Notes under the pieces: generated by a model | Database searches by the model: none | What the model was told of the DNA's origin: nothing | The model's input: the letters and a program-made list of their open reading frames with translations, nothing else | In this document: positions 8,458 to 15,078 of the stretch, piece after piece | Layout of the letters: each line of letters begins with the position of its first letter | Position numbering within the stretch: position 1 is the stretch's first letter | Assembly (NCBI GenBank): GCA_964449215.1 | Contig: CAYVAH010000011.1 | Span: 1-22,165, forward strand | Source: Candidatus Undinarchaeota archaeon | GTDB taxonomy: Archaea; SpSt-1190 | Direction: 5' to 3' | Length of the DNA stretch: 22,165 nucleotides | Made by a program: the position numbers and the translations under genes

Positions 8458-8903
8458 TTTCCTCTCTCCTTCAACTGCACTATAAAGTTTTTAAGGTGAG
8501 CCTTGCTCCTGAAGACCCCTCCTTTCGCCATCATGTAGAGTTTCCTGTAGAGCGCCCTGGTGATTTCACCACTGTCCCTGAGCGCCTGGAGGAGCTTTCT
8601 CTGTGCCCTGATTCTGAGCATCCACCTTTCCTTCTTGGGGAATCGGGCATTGCTCGTCCCCTTCCTGGAACCGTGACCAACCCGGCGGCCCTTCCGCTTC
8701 TTTTCAGCCAGCACCCTCGCCCTGCCCCTGCTGGTGCCGGCAGCCTGCTTCTTCCTGATAAACCCTTTGCCAATCAGGCGACGGATGTCCTCTCTGGTGA
8801 TGGCCCTGGCTATGTCCTGCTCGTGCTCCGGGTCGAACCATACTCTGTCCGAACCGCACTTGAGCAGCTCACTTGCCAGCCTTCTCTGAACTCTTAGGTT
8901 CAT
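8454..8903 (-). CDS. rpl19e: 50S ribosomal protein L19e
   Basis: QRRLASELLKCGSDRVWFDP, TREDIRRLI, GSRKG, WMLRIRAQR, LYMMAKGG. Confidence 0.97.
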   Translation of the reverse strand: MNLRVQRRLASELLKCGSDRVWFDPEHEQDIARAITREDIRRLIGKGFIRKKQAAGTSRGRARVLAEKKRKGRRVGHGSRKGTSNARFPKKERWMLRIRAQRKLLQALRDSGEITRALYRKLYMMAKGGVFRSKAHLKNFIVQLKERGK

Positions 8904-9219
8904 TCTGCACCACCTTCAGCCCCATCTCACGGGCCTTTTTGAATATCTCCATACGCTTCCGCTTCCCGACGGAAGCCGCTATCCTGACTATGCAGTTCTC
9001 AAGCCCCTCCAGTTCCTCAGGCCTGAAAACCCGGACTTCCCTGAGACCCGAAGGATGAAGTCCCCTGGAACTGACAGGGCTCCTGTAACCCACACCTGGC
9101 AGGGCCGGACGACCGGCAGCACCACGCCTCGCTGGGTTCTTCGAACCCCTGGGCTTGCGCCACTCCTCACCGAGGCGCTTGTATTTCCATGACTCCGGAC
9201 GCTTGAACCTCTTACTCAT
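8869..9219 (-). CDS. rpl32e: 50S ribosomal protein L32e
   Basis: FKRPESWKYKRL..WRKPRG, GYRSP...RGLHPSG, IAASVGKRKR. Confidence 0.96.
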   Translation of the reverse strand: MSKRFKRPESWKYKRLGEEWRKPRGSKNPARRGAAGRPALPGVGYRSPVSSRGLHPSGLREVRVFRPEELEGLENCIVRIAASVGKRKRMEIFKKAREMGLKVVQNEPKSSEKAGK

Positions 9220-9341
9220 TCATATACCCCCAACCAATTTCTTCGTCGCCCTTCGGGCTCCTCGAAATTCGTTGACGCAGTCCTCTGCTCAACCGCCCCC
9301 CCGAACCTCTTGCAACCCTCTTTACTCATTCATATACCCCC
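9212..9341. repeat. Exact 20-bp direct repeat flanking a 90-bp palindromic insert
   Basis: TTACTCATTCATATACCCCC at 9212-9231 and 9322-9341, 110 bp apart. Confidence 0.95.
9232..9321. mobile_element. Putative REP/MITE-like non-coding palindromic insertion
   Basis: Non-coding and bounded by the 20-bp duplication. Nested hairpin: CAAC(9231-34)/GTTG(9271-74), AATTTC(9236-41)/GAAATT(9264-69), GCCC(9248-51)/GGGC(9255-58). Second hairpin GCAG-TCCT-CTGC at 9277-9288. Mobility is inferred. Confidence 0.5.
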
Positions 9342-9861
9342 TTTCAACAAGGAAAATCCCGTCCCTGAAAACCCTGCGATCCTTCGATTTCACCCGGGTG
9401 AGATGCTCTATGTTCGCCGCCGTCTGCCCAACATGTTCCTTGTCCAGCCCTTCAACCAGTATCTTCTTCCCCTGAACCTTGACCTGCACATCTGGATGCT
9501 TCCAGATTTTTCTTGGGGTCTTCGAACCGAGGAAATTCTCGAGCACCATTTCATTGTCCTTCACGGAAAGCCGCATCGGGAAGTGAACGTGGACCATCTC
9601 GAGCCTGTACCGGAAGCCCTTGGTCACACCTTCTATGAGATTAACTACGTGGGCGCGAGCAGTGTTCAGGAACATCCTGGCACGCTTTTTTTCACCGGGA
9701 GTTTCCACCACCACCTTGTCCCCACTGACTGAGAAGGAAACAAGGGGCATAAATGAGAGATCCCGCTTCACCGAGCCGAGGGGACCGGTAACCTCAAAAG
9801 ACCCGCCACTAACCGAAACCTTCACACCGTCCGGAATTTCCACTTCAGCCTTCATACCCAT
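9322..9861 (-). CDS. rpl6: 50S ribosomal protein L6
   Basis: EIPDGV, VTGPLG, NLIEGVTKGF, HFPM, NFLG, VGQTAANIE, DRRVFRDGIF. Alternative start ATG 9855. Confidence 0.97.
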   Translation of the reverse strand: MGMKAEVEIPDGVKVSVSGGSFEVTGPLGSVKRDLSFMPLVSFSVSGDKVVVETPGEKKRARMFLNTARAHVVNLIEGVTKGFRYRLEMVHVHFPMRLSVKDNEMVLENFLGSKTPRKIWKHPDVQVKVQGKKILVEGLDKEHVGQTAANIEHLTRVKSKDRRVFRDGIFLVERGYMNE

Positions 9862-9864
9862 CCC

Positions 9865-10254
9865 TCAATACACATAGGCAATAAGCCTCCCGCCCAGTCC
9901 CTTCTTCTTCGCCTCCCTGTGAGTCATAACACCCTGCGAGGTGCTGACCACTATCACCCCAAAGCCCTCAGCAGGCAGGAATCTCCTCTCCCATTTTACC
10001 ATCTCATCTTTCCTGACAGGAAATCGCGGTTTTATCACGTTGCAATCATTTATCTTCTTTGAGAGCGTTATTTTGTAGATTCCCCCCTTACCGTCCTCAA
10101 TGGCCTCAAACTCCTTGAGATATCCGTGCTGCTTCATTATCATCAGCACGCTCGTAGGAAGCTTTCCAACCGGGGAGAAGAGTATCTCATCCTTCCCCGC
10201 CCTCCCGGCGTTTTTTATTGAACTCAACAGATTTGCCAGCACATCATTCAACAT
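9865..10254 (-). CDS. rps8: 30S ribosomal protein S8
   Basis: MLNDVLANLL, INDCNVIKPRF, FLPAEGFG, STSQGVMTH..A...GLGGRLIAYVY; start ATG 10254. Confidence 0.97.
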   Translation of the reverse strand: MLNDVLANLLSSIKNAGRAGKDEILFSPVGKLPTSVLMIMKQHGYLKEFEAIEDGKGGIYKITLSKKINDCNVIKPRFPVRKDEMVKWERRFLPAEGFGVIVVSTSQGVMTHREAKKKGLGGRLIAYVY

Positions 10255-10258
10255 ACCA

Positions 10259-10495
10259 TCACCCATATTTTTTGAAGCCCAGCTTCTTTGCCCTCTCCCT
10301 GAAACACTGCCTGCACATATTCAGCCCATAGACGCGGATATGGCTGCCATAACTCCCACACACGGAGCACCGCCTTGCCCCCACACCGAACTTTCGCTTT
10401 ATCCTCTGCACAGGGGTCGTCTTCTTCACATGCTTGGGGCTGTATTTTTCCCTGAGCTCCTGAAGCCTTGATTTCTTCATCGTCACCTTCTTCAT
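10259..10495 (-). CDS. rps14: 30S ribosomal protein S14 (zinc type) with N-terminal extension
   Basis: [11 protein letters not shown]...[28 protein letters not shown] 10495 overlaps the L5 stop (ATGA) and follows GGAGGTG. Confidence 0.95.
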   Translation of the reverse strand: MKKVTMKKSRLQELREKYSPKHVKKTTPVQRIKRKFGVGARRCSVCGSYGSHIRVYGLNMCRQCFRERAKKLGFKKYG

Positions 10496-10992
10496 TCCAG
10501 CACCTCCACCCCAAATTTCTCTTTAAGGAACTGAACGGCATCCTCACGCGTCAGCAGATGAGAAGGGCCCACGCGACGTCTCTTTATGCGTCGCCTCTTC
10601 ACCCTGTAACCTTTCCTCCCGAGGCTGACACAGACGTCCATCCCGAACACACCTATATCAGGGTCATAGTTAACGCCCGGGATGTCTATGTACTCCTTTA
10701 TGCCGAAGGAAAAGTTGCCCCTCTCGTCTATGCTCCTGAGAGACAACCTGTTATCATTAGCAGCGAGAGCACGTTTAAGGAAGTCCTCCGCAACCTGACC
10801 ACGCAGTGTAACCATAGCCCCCACAAACATCTTGGGCCTTATCCCGAATGAGGGGATGCGTTTCATGGTCTTCGTCCGCACCGGTTTCCTGCCCGTGAGC
10901 TTTTCGAGGAGAGCCACGGCTTTTTCGAGCCTTTCGCCACCTTCGCCAACACCAATGTTGACTGTAACCTTCTCAATCACCGGACTCTTCAT
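10492..10992 (-). CDS. rpl5: 50S ribosomal protein L5
   Basis: [46 protein letters not shown]. Confidence 0.98.
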   Translation of the reverse strand: MKSPVIEKVTVNIGVGEGGERLEKAVALLEKLTGRKPVRTKTMKRIPSFGIRPKMFVGAMVTLRGQVAEDFLKRALAANDNRLSLRSIDERGNFSFGIKEYIDIPGVNYDPDIGVFGMDVCVSLGRKGYRVKRRRIKRRRVGPSHLLTREDAVQFLKEKFGVEVLE

Positions 10993-11671
10993 AGACCTTC
11001 ACCACGGGCTGTTTTTCACCTATGACCATCACATAACTGAAAGGTGCCTCGAACACCTCCCTGCTGCCCTTGAGGCGGGCAAGACCCTTGCCCCCTCCCT
11101 TCTCAAGAAGCTTTCCCATCCTCCCGGCCTGCTTCCCCCTTATCACAAGGCAGAGCACCCCGGATTTCTGGGCAAGCACCTCCTTCGGCTTTCCGTCCCT
11201 GATAAGCAGGGTATCACCCACATCTGCCTTCACACCAAGATAGTTGCGACCATCATGCACCGTCACCTGAACCTTTCCGCCCTTCACAACCTGCTTCGAC
11301 ACGAGCTTCACCGGCTTTATCCCTGCCTCCTTTTCCGGGATTTCTATGACCCGCAACCCCCTTCCGTCAGGGACAACCCTGTAATGCTTCTTGAGGTCCG
11401 GCAGTGACACAACGTCCATCAACCCAACCGGGAACTTGTGCTCCTTCCTGGGCTTTCCATCCACGAGGACCTTACCCTGGCGGATCACAGCCCTCGCCTC
11501 CCTCCCGGTTTCCACAAGCTTCAACACGTCCCTTACCAGCACCTGCAGGGGGATGGAACGACCGGCAGGGTGCGGCCCGGGCGCGGGAGAAGTTATCCAC
11601 TTGAAGTTCTTCCTGCCCGCACGCCAGAAAACGGGACTCGCCACACGTTTTGTATGCCTTATCATATTCAT
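10973..11671 (-). CDS. rps4e: 30S ribosomal protein S4e
   Basis: HTKR, PAPGPH, SIPL..LVRD, VLVDG, FPVGLMDV, HDGRN. Alternative start ATG 11665. Confidence 0.96.
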   Translation of the reverse strand: MNMIRHTKRVASPVFWRAGRKNFKWITSPAPGPHPAGRSIPLQVLVRDVLKLVETGREARAVIRQGKVLVDGKPRKEHKFPVGLMDVVSLPDLKKHYRVVPDGRGLRVIEIPEKEAGIKPVKLVSKQVVKGGKVQVTVHDGRNYLGVKADVGDTLLIRDGKPKEVLAQKSGVLCLVIRGKQAGRMGKLLEKGGGKGLARLKGSREVFEAPFSYVMVIGEKQPVVKVYEESGD

Positions 11672-11946
11672 CGCCTCAAAGCCTTCTTCCGGAGCTTATC
11701 TGAAAGGTCGAGTTCTATCAGCTCCACGTTGCTCGCAGCTATTTTAGCCTTGACCTTGGAACCATCCGACTTCACTCTCTCAGCACCCTCCACCTCCACC
11801 ACGCCCTCCTTGACAGACAGCACCTTCCCTATGGTGCCCCTGAATGAGCCCTTCCTGACCTTGACCTTGTCCCCCACCCTGACGGGAAAGGAACGCCTCT
11901 TGTGTTCCTTCCTCAGCTCCTCACTCAGGTGCACCTTGACCTTCAT
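11668..11946 (-). CDS. rpl24: 50S ribosomal protein L24, N-terminally short
   Basis: LSEELR...RSFPVRVGDKVKVRKGSFRG KOW motif, ASNV, LDLSD..R. ATG 11946 overlaps the L14 stop (ATGA). Confidence 0.93.
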   Translation of the reverse strand: MKVKVHLSEELRKEHKRRSFPVRVGDKVKVRKGSFRGTIGKVLSVKEGVVEVEGAERVKSDGSKVKAKIAASNVELIELDLSDKLRKKALRR

Positions 11947-12368
11947 ACCACCACACTCGCTATCTTTCCGAGCCCCGGCCACCGGTCAACAGCCTCACGG
12001 GCCACCGGGCCCCTTATCTCGGTCCCCTTCGGGTTACCGTCCTCATCCACCACAACGGCACCGTTTCGCTCAAAACGAACATAACTTCCATCCGGACGCC
12101 TGTATTTCTGCCGCATCTGGACTATAATAGCACGAACCACCTTCTTCCTCAAGTCAGGGGAACCCTTCTTGACAGTCGCCACCACCATATCACCTATGGT
12201 AGCGGAAGGATTCCTCCCGCGGGAAGCCTTGTATCCCACCACGGAGATTATCTCAATAATCTTTGCACCGGAGTTGCATACCACAGGCACCGAGGCCCCG
12301 GAAGGCAGCCCGCGAACGGTCTTCATCACAGGCGGGTGCTTCATGACCGCCTTAATTCTTCTTACCAT
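11943..12368 (-). CDS. rpl14: 50S ribosomal protein L14
   Basis: NSGAK, IGDMVVATVKKG, RRPDG..VRFERN, PKGTEIRGPVAREA; start ATG 12368. Confidence 0.97.
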   Translation of the reverse strand: MVRRIKAVMKHPPVMKTVRGLPSGASVPVVCNSGAKIIEIISVVGYKASRGRNPSATIGDMVVATVKKGSPDLRKKVVRAIIVQMRQKYRRPDGSYVRFERNGAVVVDEDGNPKGTEIRGPVAREAVDRWPGLGKIASVVV

Positions 12369-12651
12369 CGGACAGCACCTCCAGAACCACAAACGACTTG
12401 GTGCGGGAGAGTTTCCGGGTCTCACCTATGCGGACGAGGTCACCTTCCCGGACCTTTATGCAGGGAGGAACATGAACCATCACTCTGGTACTCGCCTTAT
12501 AGACCCTTTCATATTTGGGGACTTTCACGATACGTGGCCACTCCACAACCGCAGACTTGGCAGCCCTGAGCTTCACCACCCTGCCTGTGAACACGCGACC
12601 CCTCACGCTAACCGTGCCGTGCTTCGGGCAGTTCCTGTCAGAGCATTCCAT
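12352..12651 (-). CDS. rps17: 30S ribosomal protein S17
   Basis: CSDRNCPKHG..SVRGR, PKYER, HVPPCI, GD.VRIGETRKLSRTKSFVV; start ATG 12651. Confidence 0.96.
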   Translation of the reverse strand: MECSDRNCPKHGTVSVRGRVFTGRVVKLRAAKSAVVEWPRIVKVPKYERVYKASTRVMVHVPPCIKVREGDLVRIGETRKLSRTKSFVVLEVLSDGKKN

Positions 12652-12671
12652 ACCCTCGCACCTTAAGCAGC

Positions 12672-12681
12672 TTTTTAAAAA
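12672..12681 (-). promoter_or_regulatory. Putative TATA box of the S17-L15 unit
   Basis: TTTTTAAAAA 21 nt before ATG 12651. Confidence 0.65.
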
Positions 12682-12686
12682 TGTTT

Positions 12687-12735
12687 CCAAAAAAGGAAGA
12701 GCAAGGAAACAGCACAGAAACACCAAAAAAGGAAG
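12687..12735 (-). terminator. Tandem oligo-T tracts downstream of rpp29 (13-bp direct repeat)
   Basis: CCAAAAAAGGAAG on + at 12687-12699 and 12723-12735, i.e. CTTCCTTTTTTGG on the coding strand, within a pyrimidine-rich stretch typical of archaeal terminators. Confidence 0.55.
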
Positions 12736-12781
12736 GAAAACCGGGAAGGGGAGTTTTTTCGGAATTGACCTTTATAAGGGG

Positions 12782-13075
12782 CTACTTGAAAAAGAACCCG
12801 GGCAACCGCCACTTACGTCCGAGGTGTCGGGCCTTCTTTATACGATCCTCCGGCCTTGCCACCAGCAACCGGCCATCCACCCGCACCCACCGTCCCTTGT
12901 AGTGAAATGCAAAAATGCACTCAGCCTTGGGCAGGACCTTCTCTCCCCTGCCCGTATCAACCACAAGTGTGTTCCTGGTTTCATCCACCACCTTCCCCCG
13001 CAGACCCTCACGCCCGGGGTCTGTGCTCTTCTCAACCCTGACCTGGAGGCCTATAAGCTCGTCGGCGAGTATCAC
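12782..13075 (-). CDS. rnp1: Ribonuclease P protein subunit Rpp29 (Rnp1)
   Basis: ELIGLQVRV, GKVVDETRNTL, LPK...F.F, VDGRLLVARPEDRIK; usual position between SUI1 and S17. Confidence 0.94.
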   Translation of the reverse strand: MILADELIGLQVRVEKSTDPGREGLRGKVVDETRNTLVVDTGRGEKVLPKAECIFAFHYKGRWVRVDGRLLVARPEDRIKKARHLGRKWRLPGFFFK

Positions 13076-13377
13076 TACCTCACCTCGATGCTTTCCTTCG
13101 GGAACCCAAGCTCCACGAGCAGCTTCCCCACGTTCTTGCGGTGGTCACCCTGAAGCTCTATCCGCCCGCCCTTGAAAGTCCCTCCACAGGCAAGCTTTTG
13201 CTTCAGCTGCTTCGCTATTTTTTTCCCGTCCACGCTTTTGTCAAAGCCTTCCACAATGGTGACAAACTTGCCCCATCTGCGTTTCTCCGTCCGGACAACC
13301 ACCCTCTGCGTCTCTTTGGCAATGGTTTCCCAGAGTTCCTCCGGCAATCCCGCCGACTTCAAAAAATCATCGGTCAC
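13075..13377 (-). CDS. sui1: Translation initiation factor aIF1 (SUI1 homolog)
   Basis: RRWGKFVTIVEG, LKQKLACGGT.K.GRIELQGDH, LVELGF. Confidence 0.96.
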   Translation of the reverse strand: MTDDFLKSAGLPEELWETIAKETQRVVVRTEKRRWGKFVTIVEGFDKSVDGKKIAKQLKQKLACGGTFKGGRIELQGDHRKNVGKLLVELGFPKESIEVR

Positions 13378-13383
13378 TATTTT

Positions 13384-13584
13384 TCACCTGGCGGCCTTTC
13401 CCCCTTTCTCATTCAGGAGGGTCAGCACCCTCGCCACCCTCCTCCGGGCGTTCCCCACCATCTTCGGCTTCTCCAGAGTCCCAAGCGATTTCTTCGCCTC
13501 AAGCTTCATGAGCTCGAGCCGGGCATCTTCAAGCTCTTTGACCAGCTTTTCCCGGGACATCGCCCTGAGTTCCTTGATTTTCAC
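13384..13584 (-). CDS. rpl29: 50S ribosomal protein L29
   Basis: KELRAMS...ELEDARLELMK, RRRVARVLTLLNE. Confidence 0.93.
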   Translation of the reverse strand: MKIKELRAMSREKLVKELEDARLELMKLEAKKSLGTLEKPKMVGNARRRVARVLTLLNEKGGKAAR

Positions 13585-13604
13585 CGAAGGAAAGGGCGGG
13601 CAAG

Positions 13605-13611
13605 TTTAAAA
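13605..13611 (-). promoter_or_regulatory. Putative TATA box of L29-SUI1-Rpp29
   Basis: TTTTAAA on the minus strand, 21 nt before GTG 13584. Confidence 0.6.
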
Positions 13612-13636
13612 CTCTTACTTTCAGCCCGATATAAAA

Positions 13637-13644
13637 TTAATAAA
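13637..13644 (+). promoter_or_regulatory. Putative TATA box of the GIY-YIG-like gene
   Basis: TTAATAAA ending 22 nt before ATG 13666. Confidence 0.5.
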
Positions 13645-13665
13645 CTGCAGAGTAGATTATACCCA

Positions 13666-14523
13666 ATGACCGCCAGGACAATAGACAGCTACATTTACAG
13701 CTTTGAAAAACCGAAAAAACCGCAGGAAAGGTGGGGGTGCCTCAGAGCTGATGTTGCACCCAACACCGAAAGAATCTGCAGTGAACTCCACAGGGAACTC
13801 TGCAAACTGGAAAAATACGAAGTGCCATCCGAAACAGACGGGAGGGGGGCGTTTAAGTTCGGTGATGTGGATGTCCCAAAAAATGGGATGTATTTCTTTT
13901 TCCAGAAGGGGGAGGAAGGCCACAACGGGGACAGAATAGTCAGGGTGGGTATAAACAAAACAAAAAAACTGGCATTGAGGATGTCCAATCATTTCAGGCT
14001 CGATCCCCTCAGGAGCGTGTTCTCCACCTACTTGATTCACATTTATATTCTGTATTTGATGGGTCCAAAACTTGACGAATGGACTGGAACTTGCAACCCA
14101 AATAAGATATTCGATGCCAACAGGTTTGATGAGCTGTATCGTGTAAATAAGAAACCATCCGACCTTGAAAAGGACCTGAAAATACTCCGTTCCCGAATGT
14201 ATAAGGGAAACACCGACCGATTGGAAGGATACAGAAAGGCCCTTCTCCCCTATTTCCGGGAAAACTTCAGGTATTCTTTTGTCTGGTTCCCCGATGAACT
14301 CGAGGAAAGGGACCTCATGGAGGATGGAATCATCGGCACGGTGGCTCACTGCAACAAATGCGGTCCCTCCAGCACCTGGATAGGGAAGCTGGCACCCCAC
14401 AAGGCAACCCGGGAATATGGTCTGTGGCTGCGCAACTGCACCTCCGGGAGGAAGAGGCTTTCGGAGGATGGCAAACTGAAAATGGTAGAGTATATAGAAA
14501 AAACGAGGGACCACGACTATTAA
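13666..14523 (+). CDS. Putative GIY-YIG-superfamily nuclease (285 aa)
   Basis: PKNGMYFFFQKGE...DRIVRVG...LALRMSNHF fits the GIY / YIG / R-x3-H layout; candidate metal-binding Glu in ERDLMEDGII; C-terminal CNKC-PS--W-G...GLW. The upstream part of the 460-aa track ORF is antisense to SUI1/L29. Confidence 0.65.
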   Translation: MTARTIDSYIYSFEKPKKPQERWGCLRADVAPNTERICSELHRELCKLEKYEVPSETDGRGAFKFGDVDVPKNGMYFFFQKGEEGHNGDRIVRVGINKTKKLALRMSNHFRLDPLRSVFSTYLIHIYILYLMGPKLDEWTGTCNPNKIFDANRFDELYRVNKKPSDLEKDLKILRSRMYKGNTDRLEGYRKALLPYFRENFRYSFVWFPDELEERDLMEDGIIGTVAHCNKCGPSSTWIGKLAPHKATREYGLWLRNCTSGRKRLSEDGKLKMVEYIEKTRDHDY

Positions 14524-14526
14524 AAA

Positions 14527-14532
14527 TTTAAA
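14527..14532 (+). promoter_or_regulatory. Putative TATA box of apt-rsmA
   Basis: TTTAAA ending 21 nt before ATG 14553. Confidence 0.6.
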
Positions 14533-14552
14533 TCTCCCCGGCGACTCGAAGT

Positions 14553-15077
14553 ATGGACATCCCGGAACTCAAGGAGGCCATAAGAACCATCCCGGACTTC
14601 CCGAAAAAGGGAATAATGTTCCGCGATATAACCACCCTGCTGCTGAAGCCGGAGTCTCTCCGCCGGGTTATCGAAGAGTTCAAAAAGAGGCTGGAAGGAA
14701 AACAAGTGGATGCCGTGGCGGGCATAGAATCGAGGGGGTTCATTTTTGGCGCCATCCTGGCACACGAGCTCGGTGTGAAGTTCATCCCAATCCGGAAGAA
14801 AGGAAAGCTACCCGCCGAGGTGGAAAGGGTTGAATATGAGCTTGAATACGGGAAGGACGCCATCGAGGTCCACAAGGACGCCATAGCCCGGGGTGACCGG
14901 GTGGTGGTAGTGGACGACCTTGTAGCCACCGGTGGAACTGCAAAGGCTGCCGTGGAACTCATAGAAAAGATGGGCGGCGAACTCGCAGACGTGCTTTTTG
15001 TGGTCAACCTGCCGGACTTGCACGGCACTGACAGGCTCAAAAAGGCATTCTGGCTGGTGGAGTTTGAAGGGGAATGA
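14553..15077 (+). CDS. apt: Adenine phosphoribosyltransferase
   Basis: IRTIPDFPKKGIMFRDITTLL, GIESRGF, RKKGKLP, YELEYG, PRPP-binding VVVDDLVATGGT. Confidence 0.97.
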   Translation: MDIPELKEAIRTIPDFPKKGIMFRDITTLLLKPESLRRVIEEFKKRLEGKQVDAVAGIESRGFIFGAILAHELGVKFIPIRKKGKLPAEVERVEYELEYGKDAIEVHKDAIARGDRVVVVDDLVATGGTAKAAVELIEKMGGELADVLFVVNLPDLHGTDRLKKAFWLVEFEGE

Positions 15078-15078
15078 C

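Noticed and set aside
8869..8903. 35-nt L32e/L19e overlap as a possible frameshift
   Set aside because: Both proteins are complete; the overlap is just a short C-terminal tail on L32e.
9212..9341. Mini-CRISPR or tRNA/attachment-site reading of the 20-bp repeat
   Set aside because: Only two copies, a 90-bp spacer, a repeat made of ribosomal-gene coding sequence, no cas or integrase gene in the window and no cloverleaf.
12687..12735. 13-bp repeat pair as a CRISPR remnant
   Set aside because: Too short, low complexity and only two copies; better explained as T-tract terminators.
5885..13175. Many long plus-strand ORFs opposite the ribosomal cluster (e.g. 7491..8054, 10832..11407, 11438..12127, 12515..13153)
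   Set aside because: Antisense shadows with no motifs, expected from the codon bias of the real genes.
13141..13665. 175-aa N-terminal extension of the 460-aa ORF, suggesting a fusion protein
   Set aside because: It is antisense to SUI1 and L29 and crosses two promoter boxes; the plausible start is ATG 13666.
13657..14514. 285-aa minus-strand ORF overlapping the GIY-YIG-like gene
   Set aside because: Mirror frame of the plus-strand gene, which has the motifs and a promoter.
14998..15078. Track-extended N-termini of rsmA and, similarly, L34e, L15, L14, S17, moxR and the 18438 ORF
   Set aside because: The extensions overlap upstream genes or promoters; family motifs and ribosome-binding sites support the later starts.
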